A stretch of DNA of 64,000 nt from the NCBI GenBank assembly GCA_002315935.1, contig DCII01000017.1, forward strand, positions 10,999-74,998. Reading direction: 5' to 3'. Both the position numbers and the translations under genes were made by a program. The notes beneath the pieces are model-generated. The model saw only the letters and a list, made by a program, of their open reading frames with translations, searched no databases and was not told the origin of the DNA. How positions within the stretch are numbered: the first letter of the stretch is position 1; every line of letters starts with the position of its first letter. Shown one piece after another: positions 39,597 to 48,655 of this stretch. The stretch is from Ruminococcaceae bacterium UBA1730. GTDB lineage: Bacteria > Bacillota > Clostridia > Oscillospirales > Acutalibacteraceae.

Positions 39597-40457
39597 TCAG
39601 TCCTTATATTTTCTTGCAAAATCCTTGACTATGCCTGTATCTCCGCCAAAGGACTGCATTGCAACAGCTCTTCCGCTTGAGGGAATAACCATAAGGCTCT
39701 GACCGTGCATACCGCCCTTCTGATAAAGAATATGCTCTTCATCATCCCAGTCAAGAGCAAATCCCTTTTCTACGGCAAGTCTGCACCATTCCTCCGAAAG
39801 AATTCTTTTTCCATTATAAATACCATTGTTAAGATAAACCGCTCCGAGCTTTACCATATCAGAGGAATGAATGTAAAGACCCGTTCCCCCCATTGCATGA
39901 CCTTTCGGGCAATGGCTCCATGCAGCTTCCTGAAAATCAAGCTTAAGAAAAAGCTCCTTCCAAAGAAATGTATCAAGGCAGATTCCCGTTATTTTTTCAA
40001 CGATACAGGAAATCAGATAAAACGCTCCGTCAGAGTAACAATAAACCTCACCCGGAGCACATTCAAGCGGGTATCTGAACAGATAATCAAGATAATTATC
40101 TGTAAAATCCGATGATTTATTGCAGTCAATATCAAGAAAGCCTTCCGGCAAACCGAGCTTATGGGTCAGTGCATTTTCAATAGTTGCGTTTTTCCATCTT
40201 TCATCCATTCCGTTTTCGGGAATTTCGTCTGAAAGAATTTCGCAGATTTTTTCATCGACCTTAACAAGACCTTTATCATATAAAATTCCGATTGCCGTCA
40301 TTGCAAAGGTTTTTGCAACCGAATAAACATTTCGGCAGAAATTGGTTTCTTCAAATTCAACCGTTTCAATTCTTCCGTCCTTATATTCTGAAATTCTTAT
40401 TATCGGCATTTTTATTTCTTTTAAATATGCTGATAAACCTTCAAGAAATCTGCTCAT
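39597..40457 (-). CDS. Serine hydrolase, beta-lactamase/class C-like family, cytoplasmic
   Basis: YSVAK (SxxK), LLTHK-like ALTHKLG, YCYSDG, GGTGL, KGGMHGQ. Confidence 0.85.
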   Translation of the reverse strand: MSRFLEGLSAYLKEIKMPIIRISEYKDGRIETVEFEETNFCRNVYSVAKTFAMTAIGILYDKGLVKVDEKICEILSDEIPENGMDERWKNATIENALTHKLGLPEGFLDIDCNKSSDFTDNYLDYLFRYPLECAPGEVYCYSDGAFYLISCIVEKITGICLDTFLWKELFLKLDFQEAAWSHCPKGHAMGGTGLYIHSSDMVKLGAVYLNNGIYNGKRILSEEWCRLAVEKGFALDWDDEEHILYQKGGMHGQSLMVIPSSGRAVAMQSFGGDTGIVKDFARKYKD

Positions 40458-40560
40458 TAAATATCCTCCGAAACAATTATAACGTTATCAAAAAGAATAT
40501 CAATAAAATGTGGAATATTTGTTAATTCTATGTTATAATTAATTAAATTTACAGAACGAG

Positions 40561-41937
40561 ATGATAAAATTGAAAAATTCAGGTCTTTCAGCTGAATTGC
40601 AGTATGAAAAAATGACAAAAACTCCTGTTGCAAGGCTGATTTCTTCGCTTGCCGTGCCGACCGTTATCAGCATGATGGTAACAATGATTTATAATGCGGC
40701 AGATACATATTTTGTTTCAAAAATAAGCATACCTGCAAGCGGAGCAACGGGAATAGTTTTCACTCTGATGGGAATTATTCAGGCTTGCGGATTCACCTTC
40801 GGCCACGGTGCAGGAAGCATAATCAGCCGTCTGCTCGGGCAGAAGGACATTGAATCAGCAAAAAAATATTGCTCAACCGCATTCTTTTCTGCATTGGTTG
40901 TCGGAATAATGATTTCCGTTTTCGGTCTTATTTTTCTGACACCCTTCATGAGATTTATCGGAAGCACGGAAACAATTCTTCCGTATTCAAAAATATACGG
41001 AAAATATATTCTTTTTGCATCCCCTGCTTTTGTCACCTCATGTGTTATGAATAACATTCTTCGTTATGAGGGAATGGCGAAGCTTGCAATGATTGGTCTG
41101 ACCTCGGGCGGAATTCTGAATATGATTCTTGACCCGATTTTGATTTTCGTTTTTGATATGGGCATTGCAGGAGCAGGAATTGCAACCGCAGTTTCTCAAT
41201 ATATCAGCATGGCAATTCTTCTTTCCGTTTTCATCATGAAGAAAACGCAGAGCAGAATATCAATCAGATATGCTTCTCTCAATCCGAAAATAATATGGCT
41301 GATTGTTTCAACAGGTGCTCCGAGCTTTGCAAGGCAATCGCTCAATTCGCTTTCAACAATGGTTCTGAACAGGACAATAGTTCCTTACGGAGATGCATGC
41401 ATTGCCGCAATGAGTATTGTTTCGAAATGCTCAATGGCAATTTTCAGCATAGGCGTAGGAATTGGTCAAGGTTATCAGCCTGTTTCTTCATTCAACTACG
41501 GAGCAAAAGAATACGGCAGAGTCAGAAAGAGTATGTGGTTCACATGGAAATTCGGCACAGGCGTTGTCGGTTCTCTTTCGGCATTGATGTTTGCTTTCGC
41601 GCCGAAAATCATTTCTCTTTTCAGACCCGAAACCGAAATCAACGAAATCGGCACTGCCGCTCTGAGATACCTTTGCGTTGCCATGATTCTTTTGCCGACA
41701 ATAATGGTTGCAAACATGACCTTCCAGAGTGTCGGCAAAACAGGAAGAGCATTGTTCCTTGCCTGCTCGCAGAACGGACTGTTTTACATTCCGTTGATTG
41801 TTATTATGAATAACCTATTTCAGCTTAAAGGAATTGAGCTTGCTCAACCTATTGCATACACAATTGCGGCTTTTGTTTCAGCACCTTTCCTTTTAGCCTT
41901 TTCAAAGAGTCTTAAAGAAAACGAATTTTTTAAATAA
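40561..41937 (+). CDS. MATE-family efflux transporter
   Basis: LAVPTVISMMVTMIYNAADTYFV, NMILDPILIF, GYQPVSSFNYGAK. Confidence 0.92.
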   Translation: MIKLKNSGLSAELQYEKMTKTPVARLISSLAVPTVISMMVTMIYNAADTYFVSKISIPASGATGIVFTLMGIIQACGFTFGHGAGSIISRLLGQKDIESAKKYCSTAFFSALVVGIMISVFGLIFLTPFMRFIGSTETILPYSKIYGKYILFASPAFVTSCVMNNILRYEGMAKLAMIGLTSGGILNMILDPILIFVFDMGIAGAGIATAVSQYISMAILLSVFIMKKTQSRISIRYASLNPKIIWLIVSTGAPSFARQSLNSLSTMVLNRTIVPYGDACIAAMSIVSKCSMAIFSIGVGIGQGYQPVSSFNYGAKEYGRVRKSMWFTWKFGTGVVGSLSALMFAFAPKIISLFRPETEINEIGTAALRYLCVAMILLPTIMVANMTFQSVGKTGRALFLACSQNGLFYIPLIVIMNNLFQLKGIELAQPIAYTIAAFVSAPFLLAFSKSLKENEFFK

Positions 41938-41952
41938 CGGAGTGACTTACAA

Positions 41953-44625
41953 TTGAAAAACGAAATTTATCATGTAATCTCTAACACACATTGGGACAGA
42001 GAATGGTATCAATCTCACGAAAAATATCTTGTCCGCCTTGTTGAGCTTATGGACAGACTTCTCGACATTATGGAAGAACACAGGGATTATCGTTTTGTTA
42101 CCGACGGTCAGTATGCACTTGTGGAGGATTATATTGCGTCAAAGCCCGAAAACTACGGCAGAATAAAAGCTCTTGTTTCGGACGGAAGACTGCTTATCGG
42201 TCCGTGGTACACACAGCCGCTTGAAAATATTGTCGGCGGAGAAGCACTTATCCGCAATCTTCAGAAGGGAATCAAGGAATCCGAAAAGCTCGGAAATGCA
42301 ATGAGATTTTCTTATGAAATTGATGAATTCGGCCACACCTCACAGCTTCCTCAAATTCTTGCCGGCTTCGGAATAAACGGAGTTATGGCGTGGAGAGGTG
42401 TTCCGAAAAATTGCAGAAGCCTTTTCAGATGGCATGGTGCTGACGGAACAACGGCAAACTTTTTTAATTCAAACGAGGGCTACGGAGAAGCAACCTCCCT
42501 GCCTGATTCAACCGAAGATTTTGATGAAGTAATTGACGGGATAAATCATCACCGAGAAGGTCTTAAAACTCATGTTGAGAGAATAAGAGAGCTTCGCATG
42601 AAGGTTTCTGACAGCAAAAATATGGTATGGCTCAACGGCATTGACCATTCATGGGCACAGGCTGATGTTCTTGAAATATGCAGAAGAATTGAAGAATTAT
42701 TCCCAGAGCTTGAGGTTAAGCAAAGCACTCCGGAGGAATATGCAAACGCTGTTATTGATGACCTCAATGAAAGAAATATCGTTCCTCCCGAACACAGTGG
42801 AGAGCTTCTCTACACATATGAGCCTGTTCTTGAGTCAACAAATGCACTTCATCCGAGACAGAAGAGAAGACATTTTGAAACAGAAAAAATGCTTGTCGGT
42901 AAATCGGAGCCGTTAACCGAATTCGCTTCTCTTCTTGGCTTCAAATATCCCGAATGGGCAATCGAAAGAGAATGGAAATATGTTCTTGAAAATCATGCTC
43001 ATGATTCTCTCGGATGCTGTTCGGTTGATGAAGTTTTCGAACAGGTTATGGCAAGATACGGTGCATCACTTTCAATCGGCGAACAGATTTGCGAGGATTC
43101 ATTAAGAAAGATTATGAGCTGTTCTGTTGAAGAGCCTTCAATCTGGATTTTCAATCTGAGCGAGAAAAATATTCAAGGCTCTGTTAAAGTGTCATTTGAT
43201 GTTCCCGTTGGCTTTGGCGGAGAAAAATTCACGCTCTCCGATTCAGAGGGAAATGAAACAAGAATGTGCATTATATCATCGCAGAAAAACGGCGATGTCA
43301 GATATAATCCGAGGCTCGGCCATCCGACATGGGGCGAGGTTGTTCACTACGAAGCAATAATTGATGCTCCTGCTGTTCCTGCATTCGGTGCAACAAGATT
43401 AAAAATAAACAAAGCCGAAAATGCAGATTTGCCGACAAACAGACAGCATTATTATTTCGCTGATGCACAGGGAATTCTCGAAAACAAAAATTTCAGAATT
43501 ACATTCAATAATAACGGTTCATTCAATCTCTATGATAAGAGAACCGACACGGAATATAAAAATCAGTTGCTCTTTACCGATGACGGTGAAGCTGCTCATT
43601 GCTATATCCATGTTGAGCCGCAGAATGACATGAGAAGATTCTCCTCGGCAGGCTGCAGTGCAGATATAAATATCCTTTATGATAATGCTCTCGGCGGTGC
43701 ATTTGAAGTTAAGCTCACAATGCTTATTCCGAAAGGCATTGAGAAAGACAGAAAATCAAGAACCTCTGAAACGGAAAAGCTTGAAATTTCTTATGTTATT
43801 GCTCTTGAAGAAAATTCTGAAGCAATCAACATTGACATAAAAATCAACAATAAGAGCAGAAATCACAGATTAAGAGCTATATTTCCGACAAACATTGACT
43901 CGGAAATAAGCTTTTCCGACCAGGCATTTGACGAGGTTGAAAGAGCTATAAAGGTTGAAGAAGAAAAAAATCTTTTTGAAATGCCGTATATGACCCATCC
44001 CATGCTTTCATACTGCGGAATCAAAGACGGCAAAAAGGGTCTTTCCGTTGCCACAAGAGGAATTTATGAATATGAATGCACAGATGATGCTTCACATTCT
44101 CTTGCAATAACGCTCCTTCGTTCAATTGAAGTTATTGACAATGACACCTTCGAAACAACGCCGTCTTACTTCATGGAGGAAGCACAGAATATCTGCGAAA
44201 TAAACCATTCCATTTCTCTTATTCCGTTTACTGATTCCGAAGCTCTTCACAAAGAGGTTTCTGCGTTTATCAGAAAGCCCCTTGCACTTGCAAACAGAAC
44301 ACCTGAAGAAAGTGTTATGCCGGACTATAAAAAGCATAATTCGGTTATTTCTGATTCATTCAGAGCAATTGAGCTTTCCGGAAGAAATCTGACTGTTACG
44401 ACTTTTAAAAAGGCTTCAAAGAATGATAATCTTATAATCAGAATTCTCAACAGAGGAAATGATAATTCAACCGGAAGGCTGAAGCTGAATATTCCCGGTG
44501 TTGAATTCAGCCAAATATATATGACCGATTTTGAAGAAAACAGAATTGAAAAAATCGGAAGCGGAAATGAAATTGAATTTAAACTCTCCTCTAAAAAGCT
44601 GATAACGCTTGAATTTACATTATGA
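41953..44625 (+). CDS. GH38 alpha-mannosidase-like glycoside hydrolase
   Basis: SNTHWDREWY, TDGQ, IGPWY, IDEFGH (nucleophile), GIDH, NHAHDSLGCCS; TTG start; no signal peptide. Confidence 0.9.
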   Translation: MKNEIYHVISNTHWDREWYQSHEKYLVRLVELMDRLLDIMEEHRDYRFVTDGQYALVEDYIASKPENYGRIKALVSDGRLLIGPWYTQPLENIVGGEALIRNLQKGIKESEKLGNAMRFSYEIDEFGHTSQLPQILAGFGINGVMAWRGVPKNCRSLFRWHGADGTTANFFNSNEGYGEATSLPDSTEDFDEVIDGINHHREGLKTHVERIRELRMKVSDSKNMVWLNGIDHSWAQADVLEICRRIEELFPELEVKQSTPEEYANAVIDDLNERNIVPPEHSGELLYTYEPVLESTNALHPRQKRRHFETEKMLVGKSEPLTEFASLLGFKYPEWAIEREWKYVLENHAHDSLGCCSVDEVFEQVMARYGASLSIGEQICEDSLRKIMSCSVEEPSIWIFNLSEKNIQGSVKVSFDVPVGFGGEKFTLSDSEGNETRMCIISSQKNGDVRYNPRLGHPTWGEVVHYEAIIDAPAVPAFGATRLKINKAENADLPTNRQHYYFADAQGILENKNFRITFNNNGSFNLYDKRTDTEYKNQLLFTDDGEAAHCYIHVEPQNDMRRFSSAGCSADINILYDNALGGAFEVKLTMLIPKGIEKDRKSRTSETEKLEISYVIALEENSEAINIDIKINNKSRNHRLRAIFPTNIDSEISFSDQAFDEVERAIKVEEEKNLFEMPYMTHPMLSYCGIKDGKKGLSVATRGIYEYECTDDASHSLAITLLRSIEVIDNDTFETTPSYFMEEAQNICEINHSISLIPFTDSEALHKEVSAFIRKPLALANRTPEESVMPDYKKHNSVISDSFRAIELSGRNLTVTTFKKASKNDNLIIRILNRGNDNSTGRLKLNIPGVEFSQIYMTDFEENRIEKIGSGNEIEFKLSSKKLITLEFTL

Positions 44626-44663
44626 AAAAAGGTTCTGAAACGCAAAAGTTTCAGAACCTTTTT
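44626..44663. terminator. Bidirectional terminator
   Basis: 16-bp perfect stem aaaaaggttctgaaac/gtttcagaaccttttt. Confidence 0.8.
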
Positions 44664-44712
44664 CATCACTATAAACCCATTATCCGAAAAACAAATATTG
44701 GGTTTGATTAAA

Positions 44713-45360
44713 TTAATAATTCTCTGCGTGAATTTCAAAATATGCCTGCGGATGAGCACATACGGGGCATACCTCCGGAGCTTTTGCTCCGACTACGATA
44801 TGACCGCAGTTGCGGCATTCCCAGACCTTGATTTCGCTCTTTGCGAAGACCTCCTGCATTTCAACATTCTTGAGAAGTGCACGGTATCTTTCTTCATGAT
44901 GCTTTTCAATGGCACCTACTGCACGGAATTTAGCGGCAAGCTCAACAAAGCCTTCTGCTTCTGCGGTTACGGCAAAGCCTTCATACATATCGGTCCATTC
45001 ATAGTTTTCGCCGTCAGCGGCTGCGGAAAGGTTTTCAGCGGTATTTCCTATTCCGTTAAGCTCCTTGAACCACATCTTTGCGTGTTCCTTTTCGTTATCG
45101 GCAGTCTTGAGAAAAAGAGCGGCAATCTGCTCATAGCCTTCCTTCTTTGCCTTTGAAGCAAAGTAAGTATACTTATTTCTTGCCTGCGATTCGCCTGCGA
45201 AAGCAGCTTCAAGATTCTTTTCAGTCTGTGTTCCTGCATATGGATTAGCCTTGATTTCTTCAAGCTTATCCCCTTTTTGCTTGCACTTAGGGCAAACAGG
45301 TTCTTCGCCGTCTGCAACTGTGAATACATAGCCGCAAACCTTGCACTTATAAGTTTTCAT
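44713..45360 (-). CDS. rbr: Rubrerythrin with rubredoxin-like domains at both ends
   Basis: N-terminal CKVCGY..CPKC; [25 protein letters not shown] di-iron ligands; C-terminal CRNCGH..CPVCAH. Confidence 0.92.
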   Translation of the reverse strand: MKTYKCKVCGYVFTVADGEEPVCPKCKQKGDKLEEIKANPYAGTQTEKNLEAAFAGESQARNKYTYFASKAKKEGYEQIAALFLKTADNEKEHAKMWFKELNGIGNTAENLSAAADGENYEWTDMYEGFAVTAEAEGFVELAAKFRAVGAIEKHHEERYRALLKNVEMQEVFAKSEIKVWECRNCGHIVVGAKAPEVCPVCAHPQAYFEIHAENY

Positions 45361-45417
45361 AGTAAATTACCTCTTTCATATATATTTCGGAACATTTTGC
45401 TGTTCTGATTTTATTAT

Positions 45418-47409
45418 TTATTCTGCAATTCCAACCGTTTCGCCGGCGGAAGTCTGAACGGAAATTTTCTTTCCAGTAAACGGATTAATGTATGTCAGGT
45501 TGCTTCCCTTTTCGGAATATACCGTAATTTTACCTATTTTACCGTTTTTAATTGAAGAAGACACAAGGAAAGCACCTTCCGCTCGAAGATTATTATATTC
45601 ACAGTCTATTGATTTATCCCAAACAGGGAAAAATCTGAGAACTCCGTGATTGCTCTGCAACGCCATTTCATTGATTACATTCGGAATAAGCGAGCAATTT
45701 TCGAGGCATCCGCCGAACCGTTTGAAAAGCATATTCGGAAGAAGAAATTTATCAATGTTAAGCTTAAGCTTTTCTATTATGAATTCGGCAGGAAAGCCAA
45801 CTCTTATTGCGGCAGGAAAAAGCGAATTTGTTCCGTTATCGTCTTCCCATCTGTAGGTTGAATTGATTGAATTTTTTGCAATTTCAATCATTTTCTTATC
45901 GGAATTCAGGTCAACACAGCCGCACGGATAGATATGCTGAAGACCGACTGTATTATCGGGATGCCACCTCTGACCCTTTTCCGTATATCTGAAAACTCTT
46001 TTGAATTTTCTTACACAGGTCGGGAACGGAGCAAGGTCATCAAGAAGCTTCTGCCATTCCTTCTGTTTATCCTCGTCAATTTCAAGAGCCTTCGCCATGT
46101 CAATTGCCGATTCCAATCCCAAACGCAAAAGACCGAGAGTGACAACATTATTTTTATCATTTATAACCTTACGATATTTGAAATCAGAATAATCATTTCT
46201 GTACATCGGCACTTCATGAGCTGAATCCTTTTCGACATTGAATATTCCATTTTCATAGTATCCGAAATCCTCATAGAATTCAAGACACTTTTTCAGATAT
46301 GAATAAGCATGATTACGGGCATATTCAATATCTCTTGTTGATTTCCATCTGAAAATCATTATATCCGCAGGATGGAGTGCATTGCTTTTCTGCCCGAGAA
46401 AAAGACGAAGAAAAGGATTATATGCCTTTGACTGATATTCCGAAATAAAACCGAGTGGCTGAATTCCGACAGGAAAAATTATTCCTCGGCATCCGAAAAC
46501 CTTTGCATATTTCTCCCCTGTTTCAACAAATTCTTCAAGCGGAGTATGGTAACAATCAGTCAGCTCAACATGATTTGAACTGCAAGCCGAATAGAAAGGT
46601 GCCTGATAGTTATAATTAAGGTGATAATCGCTTTTCCAGTTAGGTCTTTCTATGGTGATAAAATTACCGAATAAGCCCGGAGCAAAACGCTTATTGCCGG
46701 TGCAGACTGCAAGAAGATAGAGCGACTGATACCATCCGTTTTCAAGAGCTTCCTCGGAAAGCTTAACCGAGGACTTTGACCAGAATTTCCGCCACTCCTT
46801 CGAATGAAGCTTTTGGAGTTTATCAATATCCGCCGATTTTATTCTTTCAACCGCATCCTCAAGCGGATTTTCAGTATCATGATTTGTTGAAACGGTTATA
46901 AGATATTTTTCCTCCGAAGCTTTTTTGAATGCCGCATATGCTTCTGTTTTGGGGAATTTTTCTTTTTTGCCCAATTTGCGGAAGATATATTCAACAGAAT
47001 TATGAGTTGACCTTCCCGCTTCTCCGTCATAATCGCCTTCAACGCATTTCAGAACGGGATTTATTCCGTTACCTTCGATAAGAATTGTATTTTCGGATTT
47101 GAAAACGACAATTCTGAATTCCGTTTCTTTAAATCTGCATCTGATGCAGGCTTCATCGGCATCCTGCTCAACATAGTAATCATCATAGCAGGGAATATCT
47201 ATATCAATGCTTCCGAGCGGTCTTATTCCTCCGACTGAGTGCATTTCATCAATCATCCATAAATCGCATTTGGCTATATAAATTCTCATTCCGTTTTCGG
47301 AATTTCCGAGAATGACCGCCAAATCTCCGTTGCCTGCAATTGCACCATCGGGAATGCTGTTTTTTCCGCTTAATTCGGGTTTTTGAGTTATAATCGCAAT
47401 ATGCTTCAT
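45418..47409 (-). CDS. Divergent GH95-like glycoside hydrolase
   Basis: GAIAGNGDL N-terminus, YQSLYLLA, PGLFG...WKSDYHLNYNYQAPF (cf. GH95 GLQG...WxSKYTxNINxEMNYW), LQHIYP, GLRAxGAF-like NLRAEGAF. Confidence 0.7.
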   Translation of the reverse strand: MKHIAIITQKPELSGKNSIPDGAIAGNGDLAVILGNSENGMRIYIAKCDLWMIDEMHSVGGIRPLGSIDIDIPCYDDYYVEQDADEACIRCRFKETEFRIVVFKSENTILIEGNGINPVLKCVEGDYDGEAGRSTHNSVEYIFRKLGKKEKFPKTEAYAAFKKASEEKYLITVSTNHDTENPLEDAVERIKSADIDKLQKLHSKEWRKFWSKSSVKLSEEALENGWYQSLYLLAVCTGNKRFAPGLFGNFITIERPNWKSDYHLNYNYQAPFYSACSSNHVELTDCYHTPLEEFVETGEKYAKVFGCRGIIFPVGIQPLGFISEYQSKAYNPFLRLFLGQKSNALHPADIMIFRWKSTRDIEYARNHAYSYLKKCLEFYEDFGYYENGIFNVEKDSAHEVPMYRNDYSDFKYRKVINDKNNVVTLGLLRLGLESAIDMAKALEIDEDKQKEWQKLLDDLAPFPTCVRKFKRVFRYTEKGQRWHPDNTVGLQHIYPCGCVDLNSDKKMIEIAKNSINSTYRWEDDNGTNSLFPAAIRVGFPAEFIIEKLKLNIDKFLLPNMLFKRFGGCLENCSLIPNVINEMALQSNHGVLRFFPVWDKSIDCEYNNLRAEGAFLVSSSIKNGKIGKITVYSEKGSNLTYINPFTGKKISVQTSAGETVGIAE

Positions 47410-47526
47410 TAAATCACATCAATTCAACTTTAATATAATGATTATATCACACTAAAAATTATTATCAATCTTGTTTTGGAAAAATCTTTATGATATAATG
47501 TTAAAAAATTCAAGGAGCGGATAAAA

Positions 47527-48645
47527 ATGTCTGAATACGATATAGCGGCAATAATCTGGCCCTCTTACACGGGTGATGAAATAAGAAGCAGAATTTTCTG
47601 GCCGGAGGGATACGGCGAATGGGAATCAGTTAAAAGAATGACAAACAAAGGCTATGAGGGTTGCAGATGGCCGAGAAAACCTTTGTGGGGTTATGTCAAC
47701 GAAGCAGACCCCGATGTTATGGAGATGCAGATAAATGCGGCAATCCGTCACGGTGTAAATACATTTATATATGACTGGTATTGGTTTGACAACAGACCCT
47801 TCCTCGAAAACTGCCTTAATGACGGTTTTCTCAAAGCACCTAACAACACTAAAATGAAATTCTATCTTATGTGGGCAAACCATGATGCAACTCACCTTTG
47901 GGATATAAGAAATTCACATCTTGATAATGTTATCTGGAAGGGTTCCGTAACAGAAAAGATTTTTGATGAAATCTGCGACAGAACAATCGAAAAATATTTC
48001 AGCAAAAAAAATTATTATTGCATTGACGGATGCCCTGTTTACATGATTTTTGACCTTCAGAATTTTGTCGAAAGCTTTAATTCAGTTGAAAAATGCAGAG
48101 AAGGAGTCAAGCGTTTCAGAGAAAAAACAATCAAAGCAGGCTTCAAGGGTCTTAATTTCCAGCTTGCATATTTCAGCGACTATAAATCAAGATTTAAAAA
48201 AGAAGGTTCTGATGAATATTATTCCATGAAGGAGCTGATGGAAGCGGTTGGATTTGACAGCTTCACAAACTATAACTGGGCGTGCGTCAACATAAATGTT
48301 GACACAGATTACGAAGAAGTAACCGATTCATACATGAAAAGATGTGAAGAATTCAGCAAATTTTCATCGGATTTCTACCCCAACATAACCATAGGATGGG
48401 ATAACAACATCCGTTTCAAGGAATTCATTAAGGGAGTTATGAAGAATAACACTCCCGAAAACTTTGAAAAAGCCTGCATAAAAATCAAGGAATATACAGA
48501 TAAAGCTCTGCAAGACGGCAAAATGAAGGCTCCTCTCATAACGATAAACAGCTGGAACGAATGGACTGAAACAAGCTATCTTGAGCCTGATGATTTATAC
48601 GGCTACGGCTATCTTGACGCAATAAAAAGAGTATTCGGCGAATAA
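47527..48645 (+). CDS. GH99-like (WbsX-type) glycoside hydrolase domain protein
   Basis: PLWGY, FIYDWYW, LMWANHD, IGWDNN, INSWNEWTETSYLEPD; no signal peptide. Confidence 0.8.
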   Translation: MSEYDIAAIIWPSYTGDEIRSRIFWPEGYGEWESVKRMTNKGYEGCRWPRKPLWGYVNEADPDVMEMQINAAIRHGVNTFIYDWYWFDNRPFLENCLNDGFLKAPNNTKMKFYLMWANHDATHLWDIRNSHLDNVIWKGSVTEKIFDEICDRTIEKYFSKKNYYCIDGCPVYMIFDLQNFVESFNSVEKCREGVKRFREKTIKAGFKGLNFQLAYFSDYKSRFKKEGSDEYYSMKELMEAVGFDSFTNYNWACVNINVDTDYEEVTDSYMKRCEEFSKFSSDFYPNITIGWDNNIRFKEFIKGVMKNNTPENFEKACIKIKEYTDKALQDGKMKAPLITINSWNEWTETSYLEPDDLYGYGYLDAIKRVFGE

Positions 48646-48655
48646 GGAGTAAAAT

